A stretch of 64,000 nucleotides of DNA from Dehalococcoidia bacterium (GCA_965206315.1 OZ242210.1:2641619-2705618), one strand, 5' to 3'; positions 25,370-34,395 are shown, numbered from the stretch's first letter. Notes: generated by a model not told the origin, from the sequence alone. Numbers and translations: made by a program.

Positions 25370-25767
25370 CGCTGCTGCCTTATGAGGGTGATGGCGTTCT
25401 CCAGCGTGTCCATCCGGCGTCGCGTTTCTCGCTGGTCGCGGACGCTCATCGACATGGAAAGGGCGGTCTTCGACGCGCGATGGGCCACGTTGGGGTTGTC
25501 GCTGTCCATCAATTGCTCGATGCGGACGGCTCCCTTGAGGGCGAGTCCCTCCAACTGGGAGAAGGCGAAGTCCGCGATGTTGTTGCGGATACGCTCCAGC
25601 TCGTCACGGAAGGCGGGCTCGTTCATCCAGCGCGTGAGGGTGCGCCTCGTGATCTGTGCGGCCTGCGCTCCACGCGTGATGGTGGGCTCGGACGCGACGT
25701 ACGGAAGGGCGGCAGCCTGCCGCGGCGAAAGGGCAATCGTTCTCTCAGGTGAGACATTGTGAGACAT
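25366..25767 (-). CDS. HTH protein, possible terminase small subunit
   Basis: The 133-aa product starts MSHNVSPERT, with GGAGGAGG 11 nt upstream. An N-terminal HTH-like segment (ITRGAQAAQITRRTLTRWMNEPAFRDEL) is followed by a helical tail. It lies upstream of TerL on the same strand. The track ORF (to 26010) is over-extended. Confidence 0.45.
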   Translation of the reverse strand: MSHNVSPERTIALSPRQAAALPYVASEPTITRGAQAAQITRRTLTRWMNEPAFRDELERIRNNIADFAFSQLEGLALKGAVRIEQLMDSDNPNVAHRASKTALSMSMSVRDQRETRRRMDTLENAITLIRQQR

Positions 25768-25903
25768 CTCGGGACATACCTCCTCCAGGATTCGGCCCCG
25801 CGTCCGGCGGTGCGCCGGGCGACGGTGGGCCGTCGAGGACAGGGTAGGCAGAGCAGGGTCGTTCGGGCAATGGGCGGATGTCACAAAGGTGACGCAACTT
25901 CGA

Positions 25904-26503
25904 CTATACGCCCATCCTACTTCCAACATCACTCTCGTATACCCATGAGAAGTCCGGCGGAGGGTCGGTCGGTTCCGCATCTCCGATAAAGACCCAAAAG
26001 GCCGACGCACACCTTATTGAGAGGCCATCATTCGGGCGAATCTCACTCCATAACCCGGTTTCTCCACCGTGAAACGTGAAAGCGCACCACCATCGCAGCC
26101 CAATGAGATACTCGTCCAGCGTAAGCAGGTCTCCTGTGTAGTCCCCTGCTCGCTGGAGATGCCAATCCACACATCCAACGAGGTTCCACCCTTCGCACAA
26201 CGGAGGTTGGTATTCCTTCAGCGGGTCCAACATGGCGTCAATGGGACAAGCATCCATCGAGTGAACCCAGTAGCCATACCCTGCCTCAACCTGCTCCAGC
26301 ATCCCTCTCCACGCGCCACCTTCCTCTCGAATCGCAGCCACCCACTCCCCGTCTCGATAACCCAAGACGACCGACACCGAAGGCGGGAACACGTCACTCA
26401 ATCTCCCCTGGGCAAGTGTTCCGGGGAATGACATCATGTTCCATCCTCTCTGAAGAGGTATCTTGTAGGGGATTGCCATTGTGTTCCTTCCCCACCGGTC
26501 CAT
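25904..26503 (-). CDS. hypothetical protein with two GWN...(Y/F)WV repeat modules
   Basis: 199-aa ORF in a lower-GC stretch. An internal duplication is visible (PLQRGWNMMSFPG...GYGYWV and PLCEGWNLVGCVD...ASAFWV). Confidence 0.5.
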   Translation of the reverse strand: MDRWGRNTMAIPYKIPLQRGWNMMSFPGTLAQGRLSDVFPPSVSVVLGYRDGEWVAAIREEGGAWRGMLEQVEAGYGYWVHSMDACPIDAMLDPLKEYQPPLCEGWNLVGCVDWHLQRAGDYTGDLLTLDEYLIGLRWWCAFTFHGGETGLWSEIRPNDGLSIRCASAFWVFIGDAEPTDPPPDFSWVYESDVGSRMGV

Positions 26504-27116
26504 GCGGTGAACCCACTCGCCGAAAAGCGCGAGGATTGACGATCACTCTGGATTCCTGCTTCCGCGGGAATAAGGGCAGCCGACTAGCAAGGGATGGAGC
26601 TGTTTGAGTGCCCGCGCGCCACAGGACAACCCGACCCAGTCTTCGTGTTGTTTAGACACCAAAGAACTCAGGAGGGATGAGGTGGAGGGTGCCCCAGTCC
26701 GGGATGCTCTGGGGCGTTCTCCCAATCAGGTTAGCGTCGCCGGATGGTGACGCGGGTGCTGACGCGCACAGTTCGAGTGGCTCTCACCCGAACTTGCGCA
26801 GGCACCTTCACCCTTATAGGCTTTAGGCGCTTTGCCATGCCCGCCCCCTTTCGGTGGGCTCGTCAGCGCAAGGTGAGGCCATGCGCTGGCGGCGAAGTTT
26901 AGGCCGTCGAGTCCCGGCTCGACGGCCTTCCACTATACCATATCTCGCTGGTTGTAAACCGCTGTGCCACTAGGATTTGTGGTATCTCGGCCCGCCTAGA
27001 TTTCCCCTTGAAGGGCCGCCTGATACGATGATGTAACCTTTGCGGCCGGAGCATAGAGATGGTTGGAAAAAGTGAGGATCAAACTGCGGTCAGGTGGCTG
27101 GCTGGGGATCGCTGAG

Positions 27117-27983
27117 ATGAGACTAGCACTGCTGTTGGGCGTCCTCTGGCTCGCTACCATCGGTTGCAGTGCTTCAGAGGAGCGACCGACCGCAACGCCG
27201 GTGCCGGAGCCCACTCCCACGCCAACACAATCTCCTGCGGACATCCAAGCGGCGTGGGAAGAGAGGGCGCCGGGTATCCCTATACCGAGCAGAGAGAGCA
27301 TCGAGTGTATGATGGAGCGCGCCAGTTTGCCTGACGCCGCTCCTTTGGATGTGCTCGACTTGCCCTCGCGGGACGCCATGCGGCAGAGGTCCGCAGCCCT
27401 CTACTATGGCTGCCTGACCGACGAGGAAGCCAGCGAGTTCTACGATCACCTGAATCCCAACCTCCAGCCCTTCTACCCACCGTCCTTCCAGAGATGTGCG
27501 GAGGACAAGATCGGCTTCGAAGAATTCTTCGAGGTAATGTCCGAGGGTCAACCGGAAGGTGAGGTTTTCCCCCAGTGGTTCGCTGCCTGCGTCCCACGAG
27601 GCGAGGGGGCTCCGCCACTTCCTGGGCCACCACCGGAACTCAGAGTGATGAGCGAAGAGACCATTGCGTGCTTGGAGGAGCGCGTGAGCTTGTTGGGCGC
27701 CGATCCCCTAGACGTCATGGAACTACCCTGGGGGCATCCTATGCGCCAGAGGCTCGCGGCCCTGCTGTATCCCTGCTATACAGACGACTATGCCAGCGAG
27801 CTCTACAGTCACCTAGACTCCAGCGTCCAACCGGGCTACCCCCCGTCCTTCCAGAGATGTGCAGAGGAGCAGGTTGGCTTTGAAGAATTCTTCCGGTACA
27901 TGACAATGAGTGAGGAGGAAGCGGCCAAACTACAAGACTACCCTGATTGGGTCTATGGCTGCGCCCACCTCATCCCCCCTTAG
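27117..27983 (+). CDS. lipoprotein with a Thr/Pro linker and a tandemly duplicated Cys-containing domain
   Basis: Signal peptide MRLALLLGVLWLATIGC (lipobox). TP-rich linker TATPVPEPTPTPTQSP. Two collinear repeats of about 115 aa (ESIECMMERASLPDAAPLDVLDLP...PPSFQRCAEDKIGFEEFF and ETIACLEERVSLLGADPLDVMELP...PPSFQRCAEEQVGFEEFF). Confidence 0.7.
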   Translation: MRLALLLGVLWLATIGCSASEERPTATPVPEPTPTPTQSPADIQAAWEERAPGIPIPSRESIECMMERASLPDAAPLDVLDLPSRDAMRQRSAALYYGCLTDEEASEFYDHLNPNLQPFYPPSFQRCAEDKIGFEEFFEVMSEGQPEGEVFPQWFAACVPRGEGAPPLPGPPPELRVMSEETIACLEERVSLLGADPLDVMELPWGHPMRQRLAALLYPCYTDDYASELYSHLDSSVQPGYPPSFQRCAEEQVGFEEFFRYMTMSEEEAAKLQDYPDWVYGCAHLIPP

Positions 27984-28020
27984 CCCTTGAACCTTCACGC
28001 TCCACCGCCGCAGCTCCTTC

Positions 28021-28262
28021 ACCCTAGCCCTCTTCCCTCAAGGGAGAGGGAGCAGACACCCTCACCCATCTCACCCCACCCGCGTGCCTACGGGCACTCT
28101 GGATTCCCGCCTTCGCGGGAATGACGGTTGTGGGCGCCCACAAGGGACGCCCCTACACCAGGCCACCCTCACCTACCTCACCCCGCCGCGTGCCTGTGTG
28201 CGCTACGCGCACTTCTGGATTCCCACCTTCGCGGGAATGACGAAGAGGCGCAGGAACGACGG
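28021..28262. repeat. intergenic repeat cluster (B, A, C, A, A')
   Basis: The cluster contains ccctcttccctcaagggagaggg, ctctggattcccgccttcgcgggaatgacgg, gggcgcccacaagggacgcccctaca, cttctggattcccaccttcgcgggaatgacg and ggcgcaggaacgacgg. Confidence 0.9.
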
Positions 28263-28279
28263 CTGTGCCCTACGCTGCC

Positions 28280-28939
28280 CTATCCTCCCGTCACGGCGGC
28301 GCGGCAGCACTGCTCGTCCTGCTCGGGGGTGCCGCCCGCGACGCCGATCGCGCCGACGACGTACGGCCTGCCGATGGGGATGGCGCCGGCCTCCGCGACG
28401 AGCCGCGTGCGGTCGAGCGACTCAGGGGCGCGTTCGAGGGAGCGCTCGTTGACCTGCGACGTGGAGAGGGTGAAGCCCACGGCGGTGTACGCTCGCTTCG
28501 CGGCGGTCTGCGCCTTGGTTGGCTCGTCCGAGGACGCCGGGGACGCGGCCACGGGCTCGCCGAGTTGGTCCACGACGACGACGCTCACGTCGAGGCCCAA
28601 CTCGCCCGCGCGGGCGAGGGCCGACCGGATGAGGCGCTCAGCCCACTCGACGGAGACAGCAGGCGTGTCCTGCTTCGCCTCGAGGAAGAAGACGCGGTTG
28701 CGCTCGATCGAGGCCTTCCACTCATCGGGCACCTCGTGCTCGAGGTAGATGGCGTCGACGGGGCAGACGAGCACGCACTGCTCGCAGGCGATGCAGAGGG
28801 CCGGGTCGATGAAGAACTGGGGCTCATCGTCGGAGGATGCGATGCAGTCGACGGGGCAGACCTCGACGCACGTGCCGTCCTTCACGCCGATGCAGGGGTC
28901 GGTGATGACGTAGCTGGAGAACGGGGAGTCCGTGGTCAT
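28280..28939 (-). CDS. fusion protein: FdxA-type 7Fe ferredoxin N-terminal domain plus GlcG/DUF336 (HbpS-like) C-terminal domain
   Basis: ATG 28939, with GGAGGG 8 nt upstream. The N terminus is SYVITDPCIGVKDGTCVEVCPVDCI ... CIACEQCVLVCPVDAIY ... EVPDEW (C-x7-C-x3-CP plus CxxCxxCxxxCP). The C-terminal half (LDVSVVVVDQLG...KAQTAAKRAYTAVGF...GAIPIG...VGAIGVAGGTPEQDEQC) matches the GlcG/DUF336 pattern. Confidence 0.8.
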   Translation of the reverse strand: MTTDSPFSSYVITDPCIGVKDGTCVEVCPVDCIASSDDEPQFFIDPALCIACEQCVLVCPVDAIYLEHEVPDEWKASIERNRVFFLEAKQDTPAVSVEWAERLIRSALARAGELGLDVSVVVVDQLGEPVAASPASSDEPTKAQTAAKRAYTAVGFTLSTSQVNERSLERAPESLDRTRLVAEAGAIPIGRPYVVGAIGVAGGTPEQDEQCCRAAVTGG

Positions 28940-28954
28940 GCGCAAGTCCCTCCG

Positions 28955-29512
28955 CTACGACCCCGGGAGGCCGGTGGGCAGTGGGATGTCGGTCAGCACG
29001 GCGTCGCCGACGTACTCGTGGCGCCCCGGCGCGAGGCCGGCGGCTCTGGCGGCTGCCGCGGAGTCCACGGGGCGGACGGTCCCGCGGTAGCCCAGCTCCC
29101 GGATGTAGGCGGCGAGGCTGAAGTTGACGGACGCCGACTCGTGCAGGACGTGCTGCGCCGCCATGCCCTTCACCCTGTCGGGGTGATGCTCGGCGTGTAC
29201 CGCAATCACGACGGTCAAGGGGTGGTCCTCGACCAGCCCGGCGGGGTCGGCGTCGTCGCCGGGTCGGAGGAACGCGGTGTCGGTCCTCGCCACGCCGATG
29301 GCACTGCCGCCCAGGAAGCGGACGAGCTGATCGAGGTCCTGCAGCAGGCGGTCGGGCTCGGGCAGCTCGCTGCGGACAGGGAAGATGCGTCCCTCCGGTG
29401 CGCCGCGGATGGCCTCGGTGATGGCGTTCGCCGGGTCGGCGAGCGGCCGGTTCACGAAGGCGTCCCAGTAGGGGTCGCGCGAGCGGCGCAGCGGCCAGGG
29501 GAGGAGTCCCAT
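28955..29512 (-). CDS. truncated RdhA-core-like protein (paralogue of the N-terminal/core part of 29516-30796, lacking the Fe-S module)
   Basis: 185-aa ORF collinear with the neighbouring RdhA-like protein (LVRFLGGSAIGVARTD vs VARHLGASDVGIMRVH; AAYIRELGYRG vs AGYIRELGYGV; VLTDIPLPTG vs ILTDLPLVPD). It ends at the point where the neighbour's ferredoxin module begins. Confidence 0.6.
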   Translation of the reverse strand: MGLLPWPLRRSRDPYWDAFVNRPLADPANAITEAIRGAPEGRIFPVRSELPEPDRLLQDLDQLVRFLGGSAIGVARTDTAFLRPGDDADPAGLVEDHPLTVVIAVHAEHHPDRVKGMAAQHVLHESASVNFSLAAYIRELGYRGTVRPVDSAAAARAAGLAPGRHEYVGDAVLTDIPLPTGLPGS

Positions 29513-29515
29513 CGC

Positions 29516-30796
29516 CTACGCCTTGCTCTTCAGCTTCTCTTTCAGGATGTCGAAGCGGCGCGTGTTCTCCTTGAGCGGATAGTAGTAGCCGCGCTCCGGC
29601 TCCTCCGGCATGACCGTGCCGTCCGGCAGCTTCAGTCGCCCGGAGTCGTGGCTCATCCACTGCACGCGCTTGCGGCCGAGCTTGCCCCAGAAGCGGTCGT
29701 CTATCCACTTCAGCGGACGGGTCACGAGCCCGCGCAGGGGGATGGGCGTCCATTTGATCGACCTCACGGCGACCGTGCGCCACCAGACGTCCGGCTTCGT
29801 GTAGGGGCAGACCGCCACACAGGTCATGCAGATGTCCCAGTACTCCATGACGTGGGGCCGGAGCCGGTAGCAGGTCTCCCAGTTGATCTTGTACTTCTCG
29901 ACGCCGTTGACGATGCCCTTGCCCTCGGTGGAGATGCTGTTGGTGGGGCAGGTGTTGGCGCACTTGCGGCAGACCTTGCAGAAGTCCTCGACGCCGATGT
30001 CGATGGGCTCGTCGGGGACGAGCGGCAGGTCGGTCAGGATGGGGTCGCCGAGGTGGACGCGCGCGCCGAACTTCTCGGTGATGAGCATGCCGTGCCTGCC
30101 GATCTCGCCGAGCCCCGCGCCGAGCGCCACGGGCATGGGCGTCGCCACGCGCGTCGCCACGCCGTAGCCCAACTCCCGGATGTAGCCCGCGAGGTTGGCG
30201 TAGGTCGAGCGGAGCGACTCCGCACCGAAGTGGTAGGCGGCGTCGCCGATGCGGTGCCGGTGCGCGCGGCCCATGTCGTAGTCCCACGCGTAGACGCAGG
30301 CGATAGCGTACGGGAAGCGCCGCGCGGTCTCCTCGGCGCTCACCATTCCGCTGGGACCGCCGACGCCCGAGCCGTCGTCGGGGTAGCGTCCCTCCTTGTA
30401 GAGGAACGACGGGTGGACGCGCATGATGCCGACGTCCGACGCGCCCAGGTGCCTGGCGACGCGCTTGATGTGCTCGGTCATGACCTTCGGGTCGACGACC
30501 TCGGTGCGCTCCGGGTTGATCTTGCCGCGCGGGGCCCCGGCGATGTGCGACTCGATGGCGTTGCGCCGGTCAGCCGACGCGTTGGCGGTGGCGATGCGCC
30601 CGAGCGGGTCGCGGGACGTCCGGTTGAAGTACCAGTTGTGCAGGGGCTTGCCGAGCTCGCCCCGCTTGTTCTTCTCGTGGGGGGTCTGCGCGGCATCGAC
30701 CGAGACCCAGTCGCCCACGACGCGGACGCTTCGTCCCAGGTACGGGATCGGCTCCCACACCGCTTCTTCGTTCGGCGCTTCGTCCTTGATGACCAT
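29516..30796 (-). CDS. reductive-dehalogenase-family (RdhA/QueG superfamily) corrinoid/Fe-S protein homologue with no TAT signal
   Basis: 426-aa ORF with a GGGAGGA RBS. It has CKVCRKCANTCP (CxxCxxCxxxCP) and a second CMTCVAVCP (CxxCxxxCP) motif. No twin-arginine leader is visible and no RdhB-like anchor gene is adjacent. Confidence 0.75.
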   Translation of the reverse strand: MVIKDEAPNEEAVWEPIPYLGRSVRVVGDWVSVDAAQTPHEKNKRGELGKPLHNWYFNRTSRDPLGRIATANASADRRNAIESHIAGAPRGKINPERTEVVDPKVMTEHIKRVARHLGASDVGIMRVHPSFLYKEGRYPDDGSGVGGPSGMVSAEETARRFPYAIACVYAWDYDMGRAHRHRIGDAAYHFGAESLRSTYANLAGYIRELGYGVATRVATPMPVALGAGLGEIGRHGMLITEKFGARVHLGDPILTDLPLVPDEPIDIGVEDFCKVCRKCANTCPTNSISTEGKGIVNGVEKYKINWETCYRLRPHVMEYWDICMTCVAVCPYTKPDVWWRTVAVRSIKWTPIPLRGLVTRPLKWIDDRFWGKLGRKRVQWMSHDSGRLKLPDGTVMPEEPERGYYYPLKENTRRFDILKEKLKSKA

Positions 30797-30832
30797 GGGC
30801 GTCCTCCCGTCACGTCCGGGTTACGGGGGATA

Positions 30833-33307
30833 CTATACGCCTTCCTCTTCCTGTTCGTGGCGGTGGTATATCTCCTCGATCGCCACGTCGAGCTCGGCCC
30901 ACTGGCGCTCGGTTGCCGAGCGGAGTCGCATGTTCTGGAACGCGCCCCAGACCGTCATGGCGGGCGGGACCAGCAGGACGGAGAATATGAGCGAGTAGGC
31001 GATGGTGATGGCCGCCGTGATGCCGAACTGCTGCATCGCAACGAGCGGCGAGAACGCCATCACGCCGATGCCGAGCGCCGTCGTCAATGCAGAGCCCAGC
31101 AGCGCCGAGCCGGTGGTCGCGAGCGTTCGGACCGCCGCCCGCTCCGGGTTGCGCAGGCGCGTGAACTCCTCGCGGTAGCGATGGATCATGTGGATGGTGT
31201 AGTCCACCCCGATGCCGATGGAGAGCGCCGTGATGATGGACGTGGTGATGGTGTACGGGATGCCCAGCAGCGCCATCGTGCCGAGCACCGAGACGAGGAC
31301 GAGCACCGTCGGCACGACCGCGATGACCGCCAGCGCCGGCTGGCGCACCGTCAGCCAGAAGAAGAGCGCGAGGACCAGGAGGGCCGCCGCGATGGTCGTG
31401 CCGATCGACTCCGTCTGCCGGTCCCTGATCTCGTCCGTCACCACGAACGAGATGATGGTGTCCGAGGTCGCTGTGAGGGCGGTGTCGTCACCGCCCCAGA
31501 CCGCCTCGACTTCCTCCTGCAACCGCTTCGATGCGCCCGGGTCGCCGGTGGAGGCCGGGAACTGGAGCAGTATCGTGTCGACGCCGGCATGGTCGTTGAC
31601 CAGGCTGTGCCGCAGGGCGGGGTCTCTCGCTTCGATCTCGTCGAGGAGCTCCTGCATCAGCGCCCCGTCGAGCCGTACTCCCGCAGTGGCCTGCCGGAAG
31701 AGCGTTTCGAGCTCCGGGTCGTACTTGTCGCCGGGCTGGCCGCTGTCGGTCGTCCAGTCCTCGACGAGCAGTTCGTACGAAATCTGGAGCGGTCCCGCTG
31801 CAGCCGCCGGGCGGCGCTGCTCGTCCAGGAAGGCGTCCCTGAACTCGTGCAGGTTGAGGAGCGTGCGGGTCTCCGTGGCCTCCGCTCTCAGGAGCACGCT
31901 GGCGTTCTCCGTCGAGCCGCCAACGGCGGTGTCGAGCGTTGCGATGTCCTCCAGCACGGTGCCGTCGCCGGGCAGCAGGTCCCGGATGCTGAACTCCGAA
32001 TGGAGACCCCTGGCCGCGAACCCGAGCACGAGCGTCACTGCAAGCACCGCGATGATGTAGGGCGCGGGCCTGCGGGTGATCTGCCTTCCCAGGAACCCGG
32101 CCGTCCGGTCGATGCCGGGCAGCGCGGTCGAGATGGGGCGGGCCGGCCGCAGCCTGCCCCGCGCCTCGCGCCGCCGGTCGATGATCGTCCTGCCCGCAGG
32201 GATCAGCGTCAGCATCACGATGAGGCTCATCCCCACGCCCAGCCCGCCGACGATGCCGAAGTCGCCGACGATCTCGACCGGCGAGAAGAGGCCCACCATC
32301 AGACTGACGATCGTCGTCACCGCCGCCAGCAGCAGCGGAACAGTGACGTTCCGCAGTCCCACGCGCGCGGCGTTCGCAACCGCCTCGCCTGCGGCCCGCT
32401 GCTCCCGGTAGTGCGAGACCGCCTGGATCGCGTAGTCCACTGTCAGGCCGATCACGACGATCGGTACCATCGCCGTGAGGATACTGGGAGGCCCGACAAG
32501 GCCCAGTCCTCTCGGTCCGAGCCAGCCCTCTATCCCCACGATCCACATGATGGAGATGAAGAGCCCCAGCAGGGTGAGCAGCAGGTCCGAGATCGTGCGC
32601 ATGAAGAGCACGATCAGCGCGGCGATGAGCAGCAGCGCCAGCCCGATCAGCGGCCCCATCCCCTCCGTGCCCCTTCTGACCTCGTCCTCGATGACGACGA
32701 ACGAGATGCTGCTGACGCGCAGCGGGCCATCGCTTCCGGTAGCCAGCTCGTTGATCCTCCGCTCGGCGTCTCCCACGCGCTCGTCGGCAGTGTCGTGCAG
32801 GCGGATGCTGCCGATCGCGACCGGAGTGCCGTCCGCGTCGGTCCCGGTTATCGCGGCGAGCGTCTCTCCGATCCCCGGGATGTTCCCGGCAGCGTCGATC
32901 TGTTCCTGTGTGACACCTTCCAGGTTTGCCGCCTGGAGCCCGGCCTGGACGAGCGACGAGGGTGCAAATACCGGAACGCCCGGCGCAAGTATCCCCGCCA
33001 CTGCCGGGTCGCCGGCGATGTCGGTCAAGAGGGCGTCCATCTGGGAGAGCCCGCCGGGCGTGAGCGCCTCGCCACGGAAGAGGAGCGTCACCACCCTGAC
33101 CTCGCCGGAGTCGCCGAAGAGCTCGTCGATCTCGGCCATCGCCCTGGCGACGTCGCTGTCGCGGGGAAGCGTTCCCTCGGTGTCGAGCGGGGGCTCGCGC
33201 AGGTTCGACCCCATCATCATGAGAACGGTTACGACGAGGAGAACGAGCAGCGTGAGCCACGGGCGGACCGTGACCAGCCAGCTCAACCATCCGAGTATGT
33301 TATGCAT
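30833..33307 (-). CDS. MMPL/RND-superfamily transporter
   Basis: 824-aa ORF with two blocks of about 6 TM helices, each preceded by a large soluble loop. The sequence style is MMPL. Confidence 0.85.
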   Translation of the reverse strand: MHNILGWLSWLVTVRPWLTLLVLLVVTVLMMMGSNLREPPLDTEGTLPRDSDVARAMAEIDELFGDSGEVRVVTLLFRGEALTPGGLSQMDALLTDIAGDPAVAGILAPGVPVFAPSSLVQAGLQAANLEGVTQEQIDAAGNIPGIGETLAAITGTDADGTPVAIGSIRLHDTADERVGDAERRINELATGSDGPLRVSSISFVVIEDEVRRGTEGMGPLIGLALLLIAALIVLFMRTISDLLLTLLGLFISIMWIVGIEGWLGPRGLGLVGPPSILTAMVPIVVIGLTVDYAIQAVSHYREQRAAGEAVANAARVGLRNVTVPLLLAAVTTIVSLMVGLFSPVEIVGDFGIVGGLGVGMSLIVMLTLIPAGRTIIDRRREARGRLRPARPISTALPGIDRTAGFLGRQITRRPAPYIIAVLAVTLVLGFAARGLHSEFSIRDLLPGDGTVLEDIATLDTAVGGSTENASVLLRAEATETRTLLNLHEFRDAFLDEQRRPAAAAGPLQISYELLVEDWTTDSGQPGDKYDPELETLFRQATAGVRLDGALMQELLDEIEARDPALRHSLVNDHAGVDTILLQFPASTGDPGASKRLQEEVEAVWGGDDTALTATSDTIISFVVTDEIRDRQTESIGTTIAAALLVLALFFWLTVRQPALAVIAVVPTVLVLVSVLGTMALLGIPYTITTSIITALSIGIGVDYTIHMIHRYREEFTRLRNPERAAVRTLATTGSALLGSALTTALGIGVMAFSPLVAMQQFGITAAITIAYSLIFSVLLVPPAMTVWGAFQNMRLRSATERQWAELDVAIEEIYHRHEQEEEGV

Positions 33308-33388
33308 GGCGACGCCGCATCTTCAGAGCCTCGCACCTGTGCACTGTCGGAAGGCGCGCAGGCGCGAGGAGGATTCTACACGGGGAAT

Positions 33389-34186
33389 CTAGCGGCGGGC
33401 GCCGCCGTTGGCGTCGATGACCTCGCCGGTGATGTAGCCCGCGTAGTCGGAGGCGAGCCAGACGACGGTGCCGGCGTGCTCTTCCGGCTTGCCGAGGCGC
33501 CCCATCGCCGAGACGCCGCCGGGGAGGTACGCCGCGGAGGAGTCCTCGCGCCAGCGCGGGCGGTGCGGCGTTTCGATGCCGCCGACGGCGATGGCGTTCA
33601 CGCGCACCTCCGGCCCCCACGCCTGCGCCATGGAGAGCGTCATGTTGATGACGCCCGCCTTCGCCGCGCCGTAGGCCGGGGAGTCGGGGCTGGGGGAGCG
33701 TCCGGCGACCGAGGCGATGTTGACGATGGAGCCCTTGCCCTGTTGCTTCATCGCAGGCACCGCCGCGACGCTGCACTGGAACATCGTCACGACGTTGACG
33801 CGGTACGCCTCGACGAGGTCGTGCTCGGTCAATTCCATGAGCGGCCCGGCCTTGAACGTCTCGCCCCAACTGCCGCCGACGACGTTCACGAGGACGTCGA
33901 TGCGTCCGCACTCGGCGAGCACGCGCTCGACCATGGCGTCGACCTGCGCCTTGTCGCGCACGTCGGCGGTGATGCCGAGTGCGCGGCGTCCAAGCGCCTC
34001 GACCGCTGCGACGCCGTCGCTCACCGGGGCGTGGGGCCGGGCACGCCCGCCGGACACGTCCTCAGGCTCGCGGGCGACGACGACGATGTCGGCGCCGTGC
34101 TTCGCAAGCTCGGTGCAGCAGGCGAAGCCGAGTCCCTGCGCTCCGCCGGTAACGATGGCCACTCTGCCGGTGAGGTCGAAGTCCAT
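33389..34186 (-). CDS. SDR family oxidoreductase
   Basis: The start is placed at ATG 34186 (MDFDLTGRVAIVTGGAQGLG). It has NVVG and YGAAKAG motifs. The upstream part of the 509-aa track ORF is repeat and antisense read-through. Confidence 0.85.
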   Translation of the reverse strand: MDFDLTGRVAIVTGGAQGLGFACCTELAKHGADIVVVAREPEDVSGGRARPHAPVSDGVAAVEALGRRALGITADVRDKAQVDAMVERVLAECGRIDVLVNVVGGSWGETFKAGPLMELTEHDLVEAYRVNVVTMFQCSVAAVPAMKQQGKGSIVNIASVAGRSPSPDSPAYGAAKAGVINMTLSMAQAWGPEVRVNAIAVGGIETPHRPRWREDSSAAYLPGGVSAMGRLGKPEEHAGTVVWLASDYAGYITGEVIDANGGARR

Positions 34187-34216
34187 GATGCGTGCTCCTT
34201 GTTCGTTGTCGGGGGT

Positions 34217-34386
34217 AACCCTCACCCCCAGCCCCTCTCCCAGTGGGAGAGGGGAGTAAAGGCACCCTTCATGGGTGCCCGAGGCAAGGGCGCCCACAAG
34301 GGACGCCCCTACACCTGACCCCATTCCCCACACCACCGCGTGACCTGCCCGGTCACCCTGGATTCCCGCCGGTGCGGGAATGACGA
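34217..34386. repeat. intergenic repeat cluster (B, C, C, A-long inverted)
   Basis: The cluster contains accctcacccccagcccctctcccagtgggagaggggag, ggcacccttcatgggtgccc, gggcgcccacaagggacgcccctaca and gcgtgacctgcccggtcaccctggattcccgccggtgcgggaatgacg. Confidence 0.9.
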
Positions 34387-34395
34387 GGTTTGCTC

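Noticed and set aside
26740-26935. Possible tRNA, tmRNA or RNase P fragment (gttcgagt, taagggtgaaggtgc on the minus strand, ...ggccttcca)
   Set aside because: No cloverleaf can be drawn: there is no 5-bp T stem around the TTCGAGT, and no acceptor/CCA geometry. The universally conserved RNase P P4 sequence (GAGGAAAGUCCGGGC-like) and the tmRNA termini are absent.
28265-34318. 2017-aa ORF on the plus strand, the longest in the track
   Set aside because: It runs antisense to five well-supported minus-strand genes (Fd-GlcG, the RdhA-like pair, MMPL, SDR) and through a repeat cluster. The product is low-complexity and Arg/Gly/Asp/His-rich with no recognisable domain. This is a typical high-GC shadow ORF.
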